From IMG/VR virus record IMGVR_UViG_3300002307_000174, positions 1 to 29,506 of that record: 29,506 nucleotides of DNA. The stretch is one strand, 5' to 3'. Below are positions 1-8,087 of this stretch, piece by piece. The notes under the pieces were generated by a model. That model did no database searches. It worked only from the letters and a program-made list of their open reading frames with translations, and was not told the origin of the DNA. The DNA is from a virus (Duplodnaviria; Caudoviricetes). Made by a program: the position numbers and the translations under genes. The first letter of the stretch is position 1; each line of letters opens with the position of its first letter.

Positions 1-2
1 GC

Positions 3-176
3 CCGGCAATTGAATATGCAGATGGCACCAAAGTATGGTACCTGAACGGCAAAACTCACCGAGAAGATGGTCCGGCATTTGAAGATGCAAATGGCACCAA
101 ACACTGGTTCCTGAACGGCGAAAAAGTAGATCAACTCGTCCATTGGGTAACTACAAAAGAAAGACAGATGGCATAA
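3..176 (+). CDS. HREDGPA/MORN-like repeat protein, copy A (5'-truncated by window edge)
   Basis: Manual translation from base 3: PAIEYADGTKVWYLNGKTHREDGPAFEDANGTKHWFLNGEKVDQLVHWVTTKERQMA*; near-identical to the C-terminus of 1139..1537. Confidence 0.85.
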   Translation, partial: PAIEYADGTKVWYLNGKTHREDGPAFEDANGTKHWFLNGEKVDQLVHWVTTKERQMA

Positions 177-182
177 TAACGG

Positions 183-211
183 TTGACATCGGCAACCTAC
201 CCTGCTACTAT
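183..211 (+). promoter_or_regulatory. sigma70-type early promoter
   Basis: TTGACA (183-188), 17-nt spacer, TGc-TACTAT (206-211). Confidence 0.8.
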
Positions 212-218
212 GAATAAT

Positions 219-240
219 AGACAGACAGACAGACAGACAG
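219..240 (+). repeat. (AGAC)5.5 tetranucleotide tandem repeat in 5' leader
   Basis: agacagacagacagacagacag between the promoter and the AAGGAAG RBS. Confidence 0.85.
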
Positions 241-253
241 AAGGAAGTAGCAG

Positions 254-619
254 ATGGGTATCTACGTTTACACGCTTCGCAAGAACACTCTCAGAGCAAC
301 GGATATGGATATCGGTGCCCCGATTGAGATTGGGGTGACTGCTTACGCTTACAAGGAATCTTATCGTGGCGGCGGCGATTACAATCGCACTACTGCTCGT
401 ATGCATTCTATGGCTGAACAGGCACGGGATGCTAATCCAAATCTCGTGCTTGTGACTTTCGGTAATCCAAAAGATCATGATTTTGACCGCTACGGAAAAA
501 TGGAAGTCTATCGTGTTAAGCCCACAATGACTTCCTTCTACGACACCGAAGCTCCCGGTGAGCAAGTCGGTTATCTTTTCAAGAACGGTCGTAAGTTTGA
601 ATTTGAACGCAACGTCTAA
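254..619 (+). CDS. hypothetical phage protein
   Basis: 121-aa ORF with RBS AAGGAAG, downstream of a strong promoter. Confidence 0.75.
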   Translation: MGIYVYTLRKNTLRATDMDIGAPIEIGVTAYAYKESYRGGGDYNRTTARMHSMAEQARDANPNLVLVTFGNPKDHDFDRYGKMEVYRVKPTMTSFYDTEAPGEQVGYLFKNGRKFEFERNV

Positions 620-632
620 GAGGGACAGACAG

Positions 633-848
633 ATGGGTCACAAAGTCTTGAGCATTTCACAAGAACTTCGCTCTAAGTATCAATCCCGCAAAGGACTTGA
701 AGGTCCCTTCTTCTACCCAAATGGTCGGGTAGCTTATTACGACCCTATTGAGGGAGCATACTGGGATCCTAACACAGACTTCTACCTCTCTTACGAGGAA
801 GCGGCTGATCTACAAAATTCAGTTTTTAACGCGATCAAAGGAAATTAA
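633..848 (+). CDS. hypothetical protein with aromatic YYDP..G.YWD motif (OCRE-like)
   Basis: ATG at 633 after GAGGG; MGHKVLS...VAYYDPIEGAYWDPNTDFYLSYEE. Confidence 0.7.
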   Translation: MGHKVLSISQELRSKYQSRKGLEGPFFYPNGRVAYYDPIEGAYWDPNTDFYLSYEEAADLQNSVFNAIKGN

Positions 849-849
849 A

Positions 850-1128
850 ATGGATAAGAAGAAGTTTCAGCCTAATGTAAATCAAGGGTATGTGGTAACG
901 ATTGAAGGTCGTATCGGTAGCTTGAATGTCAACAAGCCTGCTGGATACGCTGATGAAGTCAACCGGATGCAGAATGCACTTGAAGATGTTCTCTCTCGGT
1001 TGAACACCGATGAACTCGTGGATCTCCGTCTCTCTCAAAATAAGGAGATGTCTCCTGAGGAAGAGGTCCTCGCCAAAGCTCAAATGCGAAAGGAAATGGA
1101 CGAAAATCGTGATCGTCCCAGCATCTAG
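850..1128 (+). CDS. hypothetical protein
   Basis: ATG at 850 after AAGGAA, 1 nt past the previous stop; MDKKKFQ... Confidence 0.7.
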   Translation: MDKKKFQPNVNQGYVVTIEGRIGSLNVNKPAGYADEVNRMQNALEDVLSRLNTDELVDLRLSQNKEMSPEEEVLAKAQMRKEMDENRDRPSI

Positions 1129-1138
1129 ACAGGCGAAG

Positions 1139-1537
1139 ATGTCCTCTAATCAACCTAAACTAATTGAACATGCAAATGGCGCCAAAGAATGGTTGCTGAA
1201 CGGCAAAACTCACCGAGAAGATGGCCCGGCAATTGAACATGCAAGTGGCTCCAAAGCATGGTATAGAAACGGCATCCTTCACCGAGAAGATGGACCGGCA
1301 TTTGAATATGCAGATGGCACCAAACAATGGTATAGAAACGGCATCCCTCACCGAGAAGATGGCCCGGCAGTTGAAAATACAGATGGCACCAAACAATGGT
1401 ATCTGAACGGCAAACGTCACCGAGAAGATGGCCCGGCAGTTGAACTCGCAGATGGCACCAAATATTGGTTCCTGAACGGCGCAGAAATAGATCAACTCGT
1501 CTATTGGGTAACTGCAAAAGAAAGACAGATGGCATAA
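1139..1537 (+). CDS. HREDGPA/MORN-like repeat protein, copy B (about five 23-aa units)
   Basis: MSSNQPKLIEHANG...; tandem GPAxExxxGxKxWxxNGxxHRED units of 69 bp; start moved to ATG 1139 because the longer ORF overlaps the upstream gene. Confidence 0.85.
   Translation: MSSNQPKLIEHANGAKEWLLNGKTHREDGPAIEHASGSKAWYRNGILHREDGPAFEYADGTKQWYRNGIPHREDGPAVENTDGTKQWYLNGKRHREDGPAVELADGTKYWFLNGAEIDQLVYWVTAKERQMA
1154..1480 (+). repeat. 69-bp coding tandem repeat array
   Basis: CACCGAGAAGATGG recurs with a 69-nt period. Confidence 0.9.
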
Positions 1538-1543
1538 TAACGG

Positions 1544-1572
1544 TTGACATCGGTTACCCATTCTGCTATATT
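1544..1572 (+). promoter_or_regulatory. sigma70-type early promoter (paralog of 183-211)
   Basis: TTGACA (1544-1549), 17 nt, TGc-TATATT (1567-1572). Confidence 0.8.
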
Positions 1573-1602
1573 AAATCATAGACAGCAACACAGAGAGACC
1601 AC

Positions 1603-2619
1603 ATGACTACGATCAATGTCAAGTTCGGTGAATATCGCAATCAGCCTGTTTTAGATAGGCAGTTTACTCTAGTGAAGGGCTTTCAGACAGGCAAAAAGGG
1701 TAGCTATGTGACTGTAAAGAACGAAGGACATTTCCCCGTCGCTATTGACGAGATTAAGATCAAGGTGAATAACATTTCTGACATTGAATTTGTTGATGGA
1801 GAACCGGTGAACAAAGTTGTTACTCCAGTAAAGACCGCTGAGACTGATGTGCAGGCTATGGATCGCATTGCTACTCGCTTCAAGATCCTTGATGAGATGG
1901 CTGCTGCTTGCATCACTGGCGACATTCGTTCTTTGATCGTGTCAGGACCTCCGGGCGTGGGCAAGTCCTTCGGAGTAGAGGTCCAGCTTGAGAAGGCTGC
2001 TATGTTTGACAAGATCGCGGGTAATCGCCCTCGGTATACAGTGGTCAAGGGTGCGTTGTCCGCACTAGGTCTCTATGCACAGCTTTACAAGTATAGCGAC
2101 AAGAAGAACATCCTCGTGTTTGATGACTGTGATAGCGTGTTCGGTGATGAACTTTCGCTGAATATCCTGAAGGCTGCTCTTGATAGCGGCAAGCGTCGGC
2201 GTATCTGCTGGAATTCGGATTCTCGTCTGCTGCGTGACGAAGGTATTCCGAACTCGTTTGATTTCAATGGTTCTGCTATCTTCATCACGAACTTGAAGTT
2301 TGAGAATGTTCGGTCTAAGAAGTTGCAAGATCACCTTGCTGCACTTGAGTCTCGCTCGCACTTCCTTGATCTGACCATTGACTCTGAGCGTGACAAGATG
2401 CTTCGCATCAAGCAAGTGCATCGTGATGCTGAAGGCGGTCTGTTTAAAGGTTATGGATTTGAAAACGGTGAAGCCGAAGCAGTATTTGAGTTTATGACTG
2501 ATAATAATAAGAAGCTGCGTGAACTGTCTATCCGTACCGCAATCAAGGTCGATGATCTGATTAAGATTTCTCCTAAGAACTGGAAGGTCCTTGCTGAGAC
2601 TACGATCTGTCGCCGGTAA
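1603..2619 (+). CDS. AAA+ family P-loop ATPase
   Basis: Walker A GPPGVGKS, Walker B ILVFDDCD, sensor-1-like FITN, arginine-finger-like ALESR. Confidence 0.85.
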   Translation: MTTINVKFGEYRNQPVLDRQFTLVKGFQTGKKGSYVTVKNEGHFPVAIDEIKIKVNNISDIEFVDGEPVNKVVTPVKTAETDVQAMDRIATRFKILDEMAAACITGDIRSLIVSGPPGVGKSFGVEVQLEKAAMFDKIAGNRPRYTVVKGALSALGLYAQLYKYSDKKNILVFDDCDSVFGDELSLNILKAALDSGKRRRICWNSDSRLLRDEGIPNSFDFNGSAIFITNLKFENVRSKKLQDHLAALESRSHFLDLTIDSERDKMLRIKQVHRDAEGGLFKGYGFENGEAEAVFEFMTDNNKKLRELSIRTAIKVDDLIKISPKNWKVLAETTICRR

Positions 2620-2649
2620 ATACATATGTTTAATTAAAGAGAAGAAAAA

Positions 2650-2823
2650 ATGTGGAATAAGATCAACACTTATATGCCTTGGGAGTTCATTGAATTTATA
2701 CTCTATCTGACTTTATTTAAGTTAGTTAGTGAGGTTTTTCATAATAAAGATATATCGCTTGTTAGCATGGTATCAGGTGCTGCACTCTATCTGGCGATCT
2801 GTAATCGTCACAAGGCCCCCTAG
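2650..2823 (+). CDS. small hydrophobic protein (57 aa; not in ORF track)
   Basis: MWNKINTYMPWEFIEFILYLTLFKLVSEVFHNKDISLVSMVSGAALYLAICNRHKAP*; purine-rich upstream sequence; fills the gap before the terminator. Confidence 0.55.
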   Translation: MWNKINTYMPWEFIEFILYLTLFKLVSEVFHNKDISLVSMVSGAALYLAICNRHKAP

Positions 2824-2853
2824 GTCAGCGAACAGTAATGTAATCACCCTTTC

Positions 2854-2882
2854 AAAAAAGGGGGCTTCGGTCCCCTTTTTTT
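2854..2882 (+). terminator. Rho-independent terminator (potentially bidirectional)
   Basis: AAAAAAGGGGGC-TTCG-GTCCCCTTTTTTT with cUUCGg tetraloop. Confidence 0.9.
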
Positions 2883-2892
2883 ACCTTTATTG

Positions 2893-2920
2893 TTGAAGCA
2901 GCCTGTTATTGTGTTATAAT
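2893..2920 (+). promoter_or_regulatory. extended -10 sigma70 promoter, probably leaderless
   Basis: TTGAAG, 16 nt, TGt-TATAAT (2915-2920); ATG 6 nt downstream at 2927. Confidence 0.65.
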
Positions 2921-2926
2921 CAGATG

Positions 2927-3949
2927 ATGAAATGTAAAGAGCACCTACTGCACTTTTTCCTTCAAGGAAAGCTTAGCCTCAGCCAATATGACTATAGGTT
3001 CATGACGAATCTTCAAATGATGATTCATAATTCAAACCGGGTGACCTCTAATCAAGCTGACCTGTTTGACAAGTTGATCAGCAAATATGCAAAACAGCTG
3101 GCTAAAGATGGATTGGACAAAGAAGAACTAAAGAACCTCTCTTGGAAGACCCTGTTGGTTCAAAGCACACCTGAATACACCGGTGCAAGCATCTCTCTGT
3201 CCGATGATGTCATCACTGTTAGGGTACCATTCAACAAGAACTTCATCTCATGCTTCCGTTCAGTAGACGATAATCCGTTTGTGTGGATCAGAGAAGATAA
3301 GGTCTATCGGGCACCGTTCAGCACTGCTGCACTCAAGATTCTATATAACTTCTTGCCGAATCATTTCAAGACGACCTACTGTGAGGTTTTGCAGGGCGTG
3401 ATTCAAGACTTAAAGGAGCGTGAGGGTTTGATATGGGAACCTACATTCATTAAAGTCTGTGATAGTATTATTTTGGCTGCAGCCAATCCTGTCGTAGCAG
3501 GATTGATTGATGGCATTGATTTAGCATTGACTCCTAATAGGATGTATGCGTTATCTCATTATCAAATACCTGCACACCCTAATCTCTTTGATGGTGACAA
3601 AGAGTTAAAGTTTGCATATGAATTCATCACTGAGGTAGACATTGACGACATTGAGCAGGCGGCAAAATGGATGAAGTCATTGTATGCGGATTCTGTTATA
3701 GTCGGCGGAAGCCTCAATCTTAATACCCTGTATGCAGAGATAGAAAAAGCATTCAATGATCAGGGTATACGGGTTCTCCAAGGATATCGGTCTTTTAGTT
3801 CTATTGTGAATAGGCATGCCCCAAAAGACAAAGCTAACCGTGTCTTTTTGCTGCTCCTCCACACTAATATAAATACATCAATGTCGCTATACTCAAACGT
3901 TGACAAGATAGTCATTCTGAAAAACAGCCGCCCAGTAGAGGTAAAATGA
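2927..3949 (+). CDS. hypothetical protein coupled to helicase
   Basis: Long ORF; ATGA overlap with the downstream helicase; start taken as ATG 2927 (or 2924). Confidence 0.75.
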   Translation: MKCKEHLLHFFLQGKLSLSQYDYRFMTNLQMMIHNSNRVTSNQADLFDKLISKYAKQLAKDGLDKEELKNLSWKTLLVQSTPEYTGASISLSDDVITVRVPFNKNFISCFRSVDDNPFVWIREDKVYRAPFSTAALKILYNFLPNHFKTTYCEVLQGVIQDLKEREGLIWEPTFIKVCDSIILAAANPVVAGLIDGIDLALTPNRMYALSHYQIPAHPNLFDGDKELKFAYEFITEVDIDDIEQAAKWMKSLYADSVIVGGSLNLNTLYAEIEKAFNDQGIRVLQGYRSFSSIVNRHAPKDKANRVFLLLLHTNINTSMSLYSNVDKIVILKNSRPVEVK

Positions 3950-5403
3950 GAGAAGCAAAGATAGAAATCAAAGATGAAGTCAATTGTAAGATCCATGGGC
4001 TAGAATTGGATACCCGTCGGGCTCTGATGAAGAAGTTTGAGTTTGAGAAACCAGGTGCTAGATATCTTCCCAGTGTTAAGCTCGGACGATGGAACGGCAA
4101 GATCAGCTATTTTTCTCTTGCTGGTAGTACCTATGTCAATCTTTTGGATGAGATCATTCCTTATCTATACGATCATGGATATGATATTGATCTAGATGAT
4201 AAGCGAGAGGCCCGCCCTGAACTAAAGTTTGATGAGGTGAACGCAGATACTTTCTCTCACATCTGCTGGCCAAAAGGACATGAGCGTGAGGGTCAGCCCG
4301 TCGTGCTGCGTGACTATCAGATTGAGATAGTAAATAACTTTCTGCTAAACCCGCAATCACTACAAGAAGTAGCGACCGGAGCAGGCAAGACGCTCATGAC
4401 TGCTGCACTGTCGTTGTGTGCTGAACCATATGGTCGTTCGCTAATCATCGTTCCTAATACTTCTCTGGTCGAACAGACAGAGGCAGATTACATCAATCTA
4501 GGATTGGACGTAGGTGTCTATTTCGGCCCTCGTAAGGAGTATGGCAAGACGCACACTATCTGCACATGGCAATCTCTCAACAATCTTCTCAAGGGTACCA
4601 AGGAAGATGACGGGGATCCTGAAATAGCAGCATCCTTTTTTGAAGGTGTTGGTTGCGTCATAGTTGACGAAGTTCATATGGCCAAAGCAGATGTGTTGAA
4701 GACGCTATTAACCGGAATCCTATCTAATGTTCCTATTCGTTGGGGACTGACTGGTACGATTCCTAAGGCAGAAATGGACCGGGTATCCCTTCTAGTGTCA
4801 TTAGGACCAGTGACTGGCAAGCTATCTGCTAGCGAACTACAAGATCGTGGAGTGCTTGCTAACTGCCATGTTAACATCATACAGTTGAAAGACAATGTAG
4901 AGTTTACTAATTATCAGAGTGAGCTAAAGCATCTGCTTGAGGATGAAAAGAGATTAGACAAGTTAGGACAGGTGATCACTAAGATTGCAGAATCTGGTAA
5001 TACCCTGATCCTAGTTGATCGCGTCAACGCTGGTAAAGAGTTGGTCAACCGACTTCCTGATGCTGTTTTTGTCAGTGGCGGCACAAAGTTGTCTGATCGT
5101 AAAGAAGAGTATGATGAAGTTGCGACAAGTGATAACAAGATAATCGTGGCCACTTATGGAGTTGCTGCCGTTGGTATTAACATTCCTCGTATCTTTAATC
5201 TGGTACTTATTGAACCCGGTAAAAGCTTTGTGCGTGTTATTCAAAGTATCGGTCGCGGCATTAGAAAAGCCGAAGACAAAGATGCAGTTATGATCTGGGA
5301 CATGACTAGCACCTGCAAGTTTGCGAAGAGACATCTGACTCAACGCAAGGCCTTCTACCGCGAGGCTAACTATCCCTTTACTTTGGAGAAATTGGATTAT
5401 TAA
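3946..5403 (+). CDS. uvsW: superfamily 2 DNA helicase, UvsW-like
   Basis: Q-motif LRDYQ, Walker A ATGAGKT, DEVH box, motif III TGT, motif VI QSIGRGIR. Confidence 0.85.
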   Translation: MREAKIEIKDEVNCKIHGLELDTRRALMKKFEFEKPGARYLPSVKLGRWNGKISYFSLAGSTYVNLLDEIIPYLYDHGYDIDLDDKREARPELKFDEVNADTFSHICWPKGHEREGQPVVLRDYQIEIVNNFLLNPQSLQEVATGAGKTLMTAALSLCAEPYGRSLIIVPNTSLVEQTEADYINLGLDVGVYFGPRKEYGKTHTICTWQSLNNLLKGTKEDDGDPEIAASFFEGVGCVIVDEVHMAKADVLKTLLTGILSNVPIRWGLTGTIPKAEMDRVSLLVSLGPVTGKLSASELQDRGVLANCHVNIIQLKDNVEFTNYQSELKHLLEDEKRLDKLGQVITKIAESGNTLILVDRVNAGKELVNRLPDAVFVSGGTKLSDRKEEYDEVATSDNKIIVATYGVAAVGINIPRIFNLVLIEPGKSFVRVIQSIGRGIRKAEDKDAVMIWDMTSTCKFAKRHLTQRKAFYREANYPFTLEKLDY

Positions 5404-5407
5404 TATG

Positions 5408-5436
5408 TTGACATTTTGTGACACTAGTGCTATTAT
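5408..5436 (+). promoter_or_regulatory. sigma70 promoter, probably leaderless
   Basis: TTGACA, 17 nt, TGc-TATTAT (5431-5436); ATG 6 nt downstream at 5443. Confidence 0.8.
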
Positions 5437-5442
5437 AACAAT

Positions 5443-5946
5443 ATGAGAATACTCAATTTAGACACGAATGAAGCATATAATCTAGAGTATCTACCTGATG
5501 AGATAGATGATCTTAGGTTCGCTATTCTTGATAACTCTACACCCACAAATGTTGATTATCATTATATCCCTCTTATCTTCCTAGAGTCGTTTAACTCTCC
5601 TGCGTTGGTGCTTAGAATTGGAGACCGAAAGATTAAGATGCCGGTTGATTGGCAGATATTGATTGGTGAACAAGAACATGGTGACTTAGAGACGCTTCCG
5701 TTATCTAGTCTCAATGACAGGGGATTCAATGCTTTTCAATTCAATCCGCTGAGTTCATCTTCTCCTACATTTCTACCAGTAGAAATCCTAGATATCTATG
5801 CAGATGTCACTTGGTATGCCCCGAGACTTCGTAATGGGCAGTTTCTGTGTGTGCCAATTGATGAGGGGCCGAAGCCCAGATGCATCTATTTTGTCAAAGA
5901 AATCAGCCGTAACTGTGAAGTCGTAGATTATTCAATGGCATTCTGA
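5443..5946 (+). CDS. hypothetical phage protein
   Basis: 167-aa ORF directly under its own promoter. Confidence 0.8.
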   Translation: MRILNLDTNEAYNLEYLPDEIDDLRFAILDNSTPTNVDYHYIPLIFLESFNSPALVLRIGDRKIKMPVDWQILIGEQEHGDLETLPLSSLNDRGFNAFQFNPLSSSSPTFLPVEILDIYADVTWYAPRLRNGQFLCVPIDEGPKPRCIYFVKEISRNCEVVDYSMAF

Positions 5947-5948
5947 AC

Positions 5949-6308
5949 ATGGTGATTTTCGCTTTAACAGTCTTTTTAACCGTCGTTTTTCTTTGGTGGT
6001 GGTCAATAACTGTAGGACTTGCGTTAAATCATGAGGTGCGATATACTATTTCCAACAAAAAGTATGAGAACTATTCATTCTTTCTATGTATCTGGTGGCC
6101 TATCATACTTATAAAATCCCTAGTAAAAGAGCTATATAGAAACCTAAATCAAGCAGTGAGGACATACATGATTAAAGAGTCAATGATCGTTGAGTTTCAG
6201 AATAACAACAAAGAACATGATATTATGGGCGTGGTTCGGACATTATTTCCGAACACAGAAATTCTTGTTACTTTAGAAAAGGTAAAGGGGAAAGACAGTG
6301 AAGTTTAG
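5949..6308 (+). CDS. hypothetical membrane protein
   Basis: Two hydrophobic segments (VIFALTVFLTVVFLWWWSITVGLAL; FFLCIWWPIILI). Confidence 0.6.
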   Translation: MVIFALTVFLTVVFLWWWSITVGLALNHEVRYTISNKKYENYSFFLCIWWPIILIKSLVKELYRNLNQAVRTYMIKESMIVEFQNNNKEHDIMGVVRTLFPNTEILVTLEKVKGKDSEV

Positions 6309-6879
6309 GATTGAAGTCAGTGGGTACGGCGGCGAGGTCGTCATCGGTCGCGTTAGTCAGGATGCTTATGCTTACCTTGAAGAGCATGAAATTGATTTGG
6401 ATGAATATGCTTCTGACTGGGACAACGAGTGTGCAGTTCCCGTAGAGTCACAGCCTTTTCCTCCCGGTGAATGGCATGATTGCGATGACGTTGCTCATGA
6501 GTACGGGCCCGATACTGAAAATACCTTTGTGACGGTTACCGATTCAGATAACAATGTGTTGCTAGACAATGTAGATTATCCTAATCTGATCAGGATGGGA
6601 GCCAAAATTGATTGCGATAACGTGGACACAAAAGATATCCTAGAATCTGACGAAATATATTTCATGGGCCAGAGCCATGAAAAGGGTCTTTTCTACAGCT
6701 TTGAGGTAGAAACTGATGTCTTTGATGTGAGCAAGTTGACTGTCTCTACCACTGATGTTGATGGATGGGAACTCGTTACTAACATCAGTTATAACGGCGA
6801 AGACCTTGAGGACCTCGGGGATATGTCAACTGATAACAAAGGCTATGATTTTGGAATGTATCATGTAGGCGAGGATTGA
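6298..6879 (+). CDS. acidic hypothetical protein
   Basis: GTG start after AAGGGG; D/E-rich 193 aa. Confidence 0.75.
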   Translation: MKFRIEVSGYGGEVVIGRVSQDAYAYLEEHEIDLDEYASDWDNECAVPVESQPFPPGEWHDCDDVAHEYGPDTENTFVTVTDSDNNVLLDNVDYPNLIRMGAKIDCDNVDTKDILESDEIYFMGQSHEKGLFYSFEVETDVFDVSKLTVSTTDVDGWELVTNISYNGEDLEDLGDMSTDNKGYDFGMYHVGED

Positions 6880-7358
6880 TGGGCAAGTATCCAGGGCTGC
6901 GACTCCCGAGAGACTTAAAGCCTATAAAGCATTCCTGGTTAGCGAGTCGCCCCGGGAGACATGTTATGCCGCACGTTATCGGTACCGGATATGGAGTAAG
7001 TCCAATGACGGCCCCACATGCATCTATCAAGGCACGACAACATGAAGTACAACTTACACGACTTAAAAAGGAAAAGAAGATGAATTGGCTTAAGAGAATT
7101 ATTGCTAGCTGGATCAAAGACCTATATGAAGAAGACTATGAAAATGCTACGGTGCAATCAGTAGAGGCTACTAGTCCAAACGCTAAAACTAGTATCAGGT
7201 TCACGTTGTATCCTGCTTCTGGTGGATGGGTGATTGAACATTTTAAGCAAGATCGTTATAAGGATAGCGAAGGCCCCTCGCTCACTATTGTAAATCACGG
7301 AGAAGAGATTGGCAAAGCAGTTGAGCATATTATCTCTATAGAATCGTTGCGGTCATGA
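6879..7358 (+). CDS. hypothetical protein (alternative start ATG 7080, MNWLKR...)
   Basis: TGATG overlap with the previous gene; an internal ATG at 7080 has an AAGGA RBS. Confidence 0.6.
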   Translation: MGKYPGLRLPRDLKPIKHSWLASRPGRHVMPHVIGTGYGVSPMTAPHASIKARQHEVQLTRLKKEKKMNWLKRIIASWIKDLYEEDYENATVQSVEATSPNAKTSIRFTLYPASGGWVIEHFKQDRYKDSEGPSLTIVNHGEEIGKAVEHIISIESLRS

Positions 7359-7507
7359 AGATTGAATTCAGCAAAGATGTCTTGCAAGACATGATGGCAC
7401 AGTACGGCAAAGAATATGCTATTGAAAACCTAAACACTATATGTCGGATTATTATTGAAAAAAAATTAACAGAAATTGAACAAGAGTTAGCAGAAAAGAA
7501 TGGCTAA
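7355..7507 (+). CDS. small hypothetical protein (50 aa; not in ORF track)
   Basis: MKIEFSKDVLQDMMAQYGKEYAIENLNTICRIIIEKKLTEIEQELAEKNG*; ATGA overlap upstream and overlaps the next start. Confidence 0.6.
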   Translation: MKIEFSKDVLQDMMAQYGKEYAIENLNTICRIIIEKKLTEIEQELAEKNG

Positions 7508-8087
7508 AGAGAAACTATCAGCAGACGAAAAGTTTACAGGTCATGACTTTGATTTGTTTGAAGCCCTTACGGCTATAGACAAGAAGGACTATTCGTATTA
7601 TGATAGGCTCTCTCCGGAACAGCAGAAGAAGTTTGTTCCGTTCATGATGCTGCATTGGATCAGTGCTGTTAAGGCCAGTAAGGATGTTCAGTCATATTAT
7701 CTTCAAAGCACCGAGTACCATGCAAACAAATACCTGTTCAATGAGAATGTTCAGAACCACCCGAAATTGCAATGGTTAATGCTCTGTGCAGCGAGTCCGG
7801 GAATTGGTAAGCAATTCCATCAATGGATTCCGCATATCAGGGACCGCGTGAGTAAACTAAAAGAGAAACCCAAGCACAAAGAGATTAAGGAATACTTTAA
7901 GAAAATCTATGCTAAGTCAAGCGATGATGATCTTAATCTTCTTAGCGAAGCGTATGTTGAGAGCCATAGACGCAAGATGTATCTTGCTGAGAGATTTCCG
8001 GAGTTAAAGTATGATGAGATTGAGATTCTAGGTGGCATTATTACAGACAAAGACATTGAAGACTACGAAAAAGATTGCGGTAATTAA
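7500..8087 (+). CDS. putative sliding-clamp loader small subunit (T4 gp62-like)
   Basis: Size and pattern KKFVPFMMLHWIS...AN...HPKLQWLML...HQWI...IKEYF resemble the gp62 family; lies in the replication region. Confidence 0.55.
   Translation: MAKEKLSADEKFTGHDFDLFEALTAIDKKDYSYYDRLSPEQQKKFVPFMMLHWISAVKASKDVQSYYLQSTEYHANKYLFNENVQNHPKLQWLMLCAASPGIGKQFHQWIPHIRDRVSKLKEKPKHKEIKEYFKKIYAKSSDDDLNLLSEAYVESHRRKMYLAERFPELKYDEIEILGGIITDKDIEDYEKDCGN

Noticed and set aside
1154-1480. 69-bp periodic repeats as a CRISPR array
   Set aside because: The units are in-frame coding repeats with similar intervening sequence rather than unique spacers, and there is no cas operon.
1155-2625. Minus-strand ORFs 1155..1550, 1160..1561, 1704..2048, 2065..2625 and similar shadow ORFs elsewhere
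   Set aside because: Antisense to well-supported genes, with no RBS, promoter or recognisable motifs.
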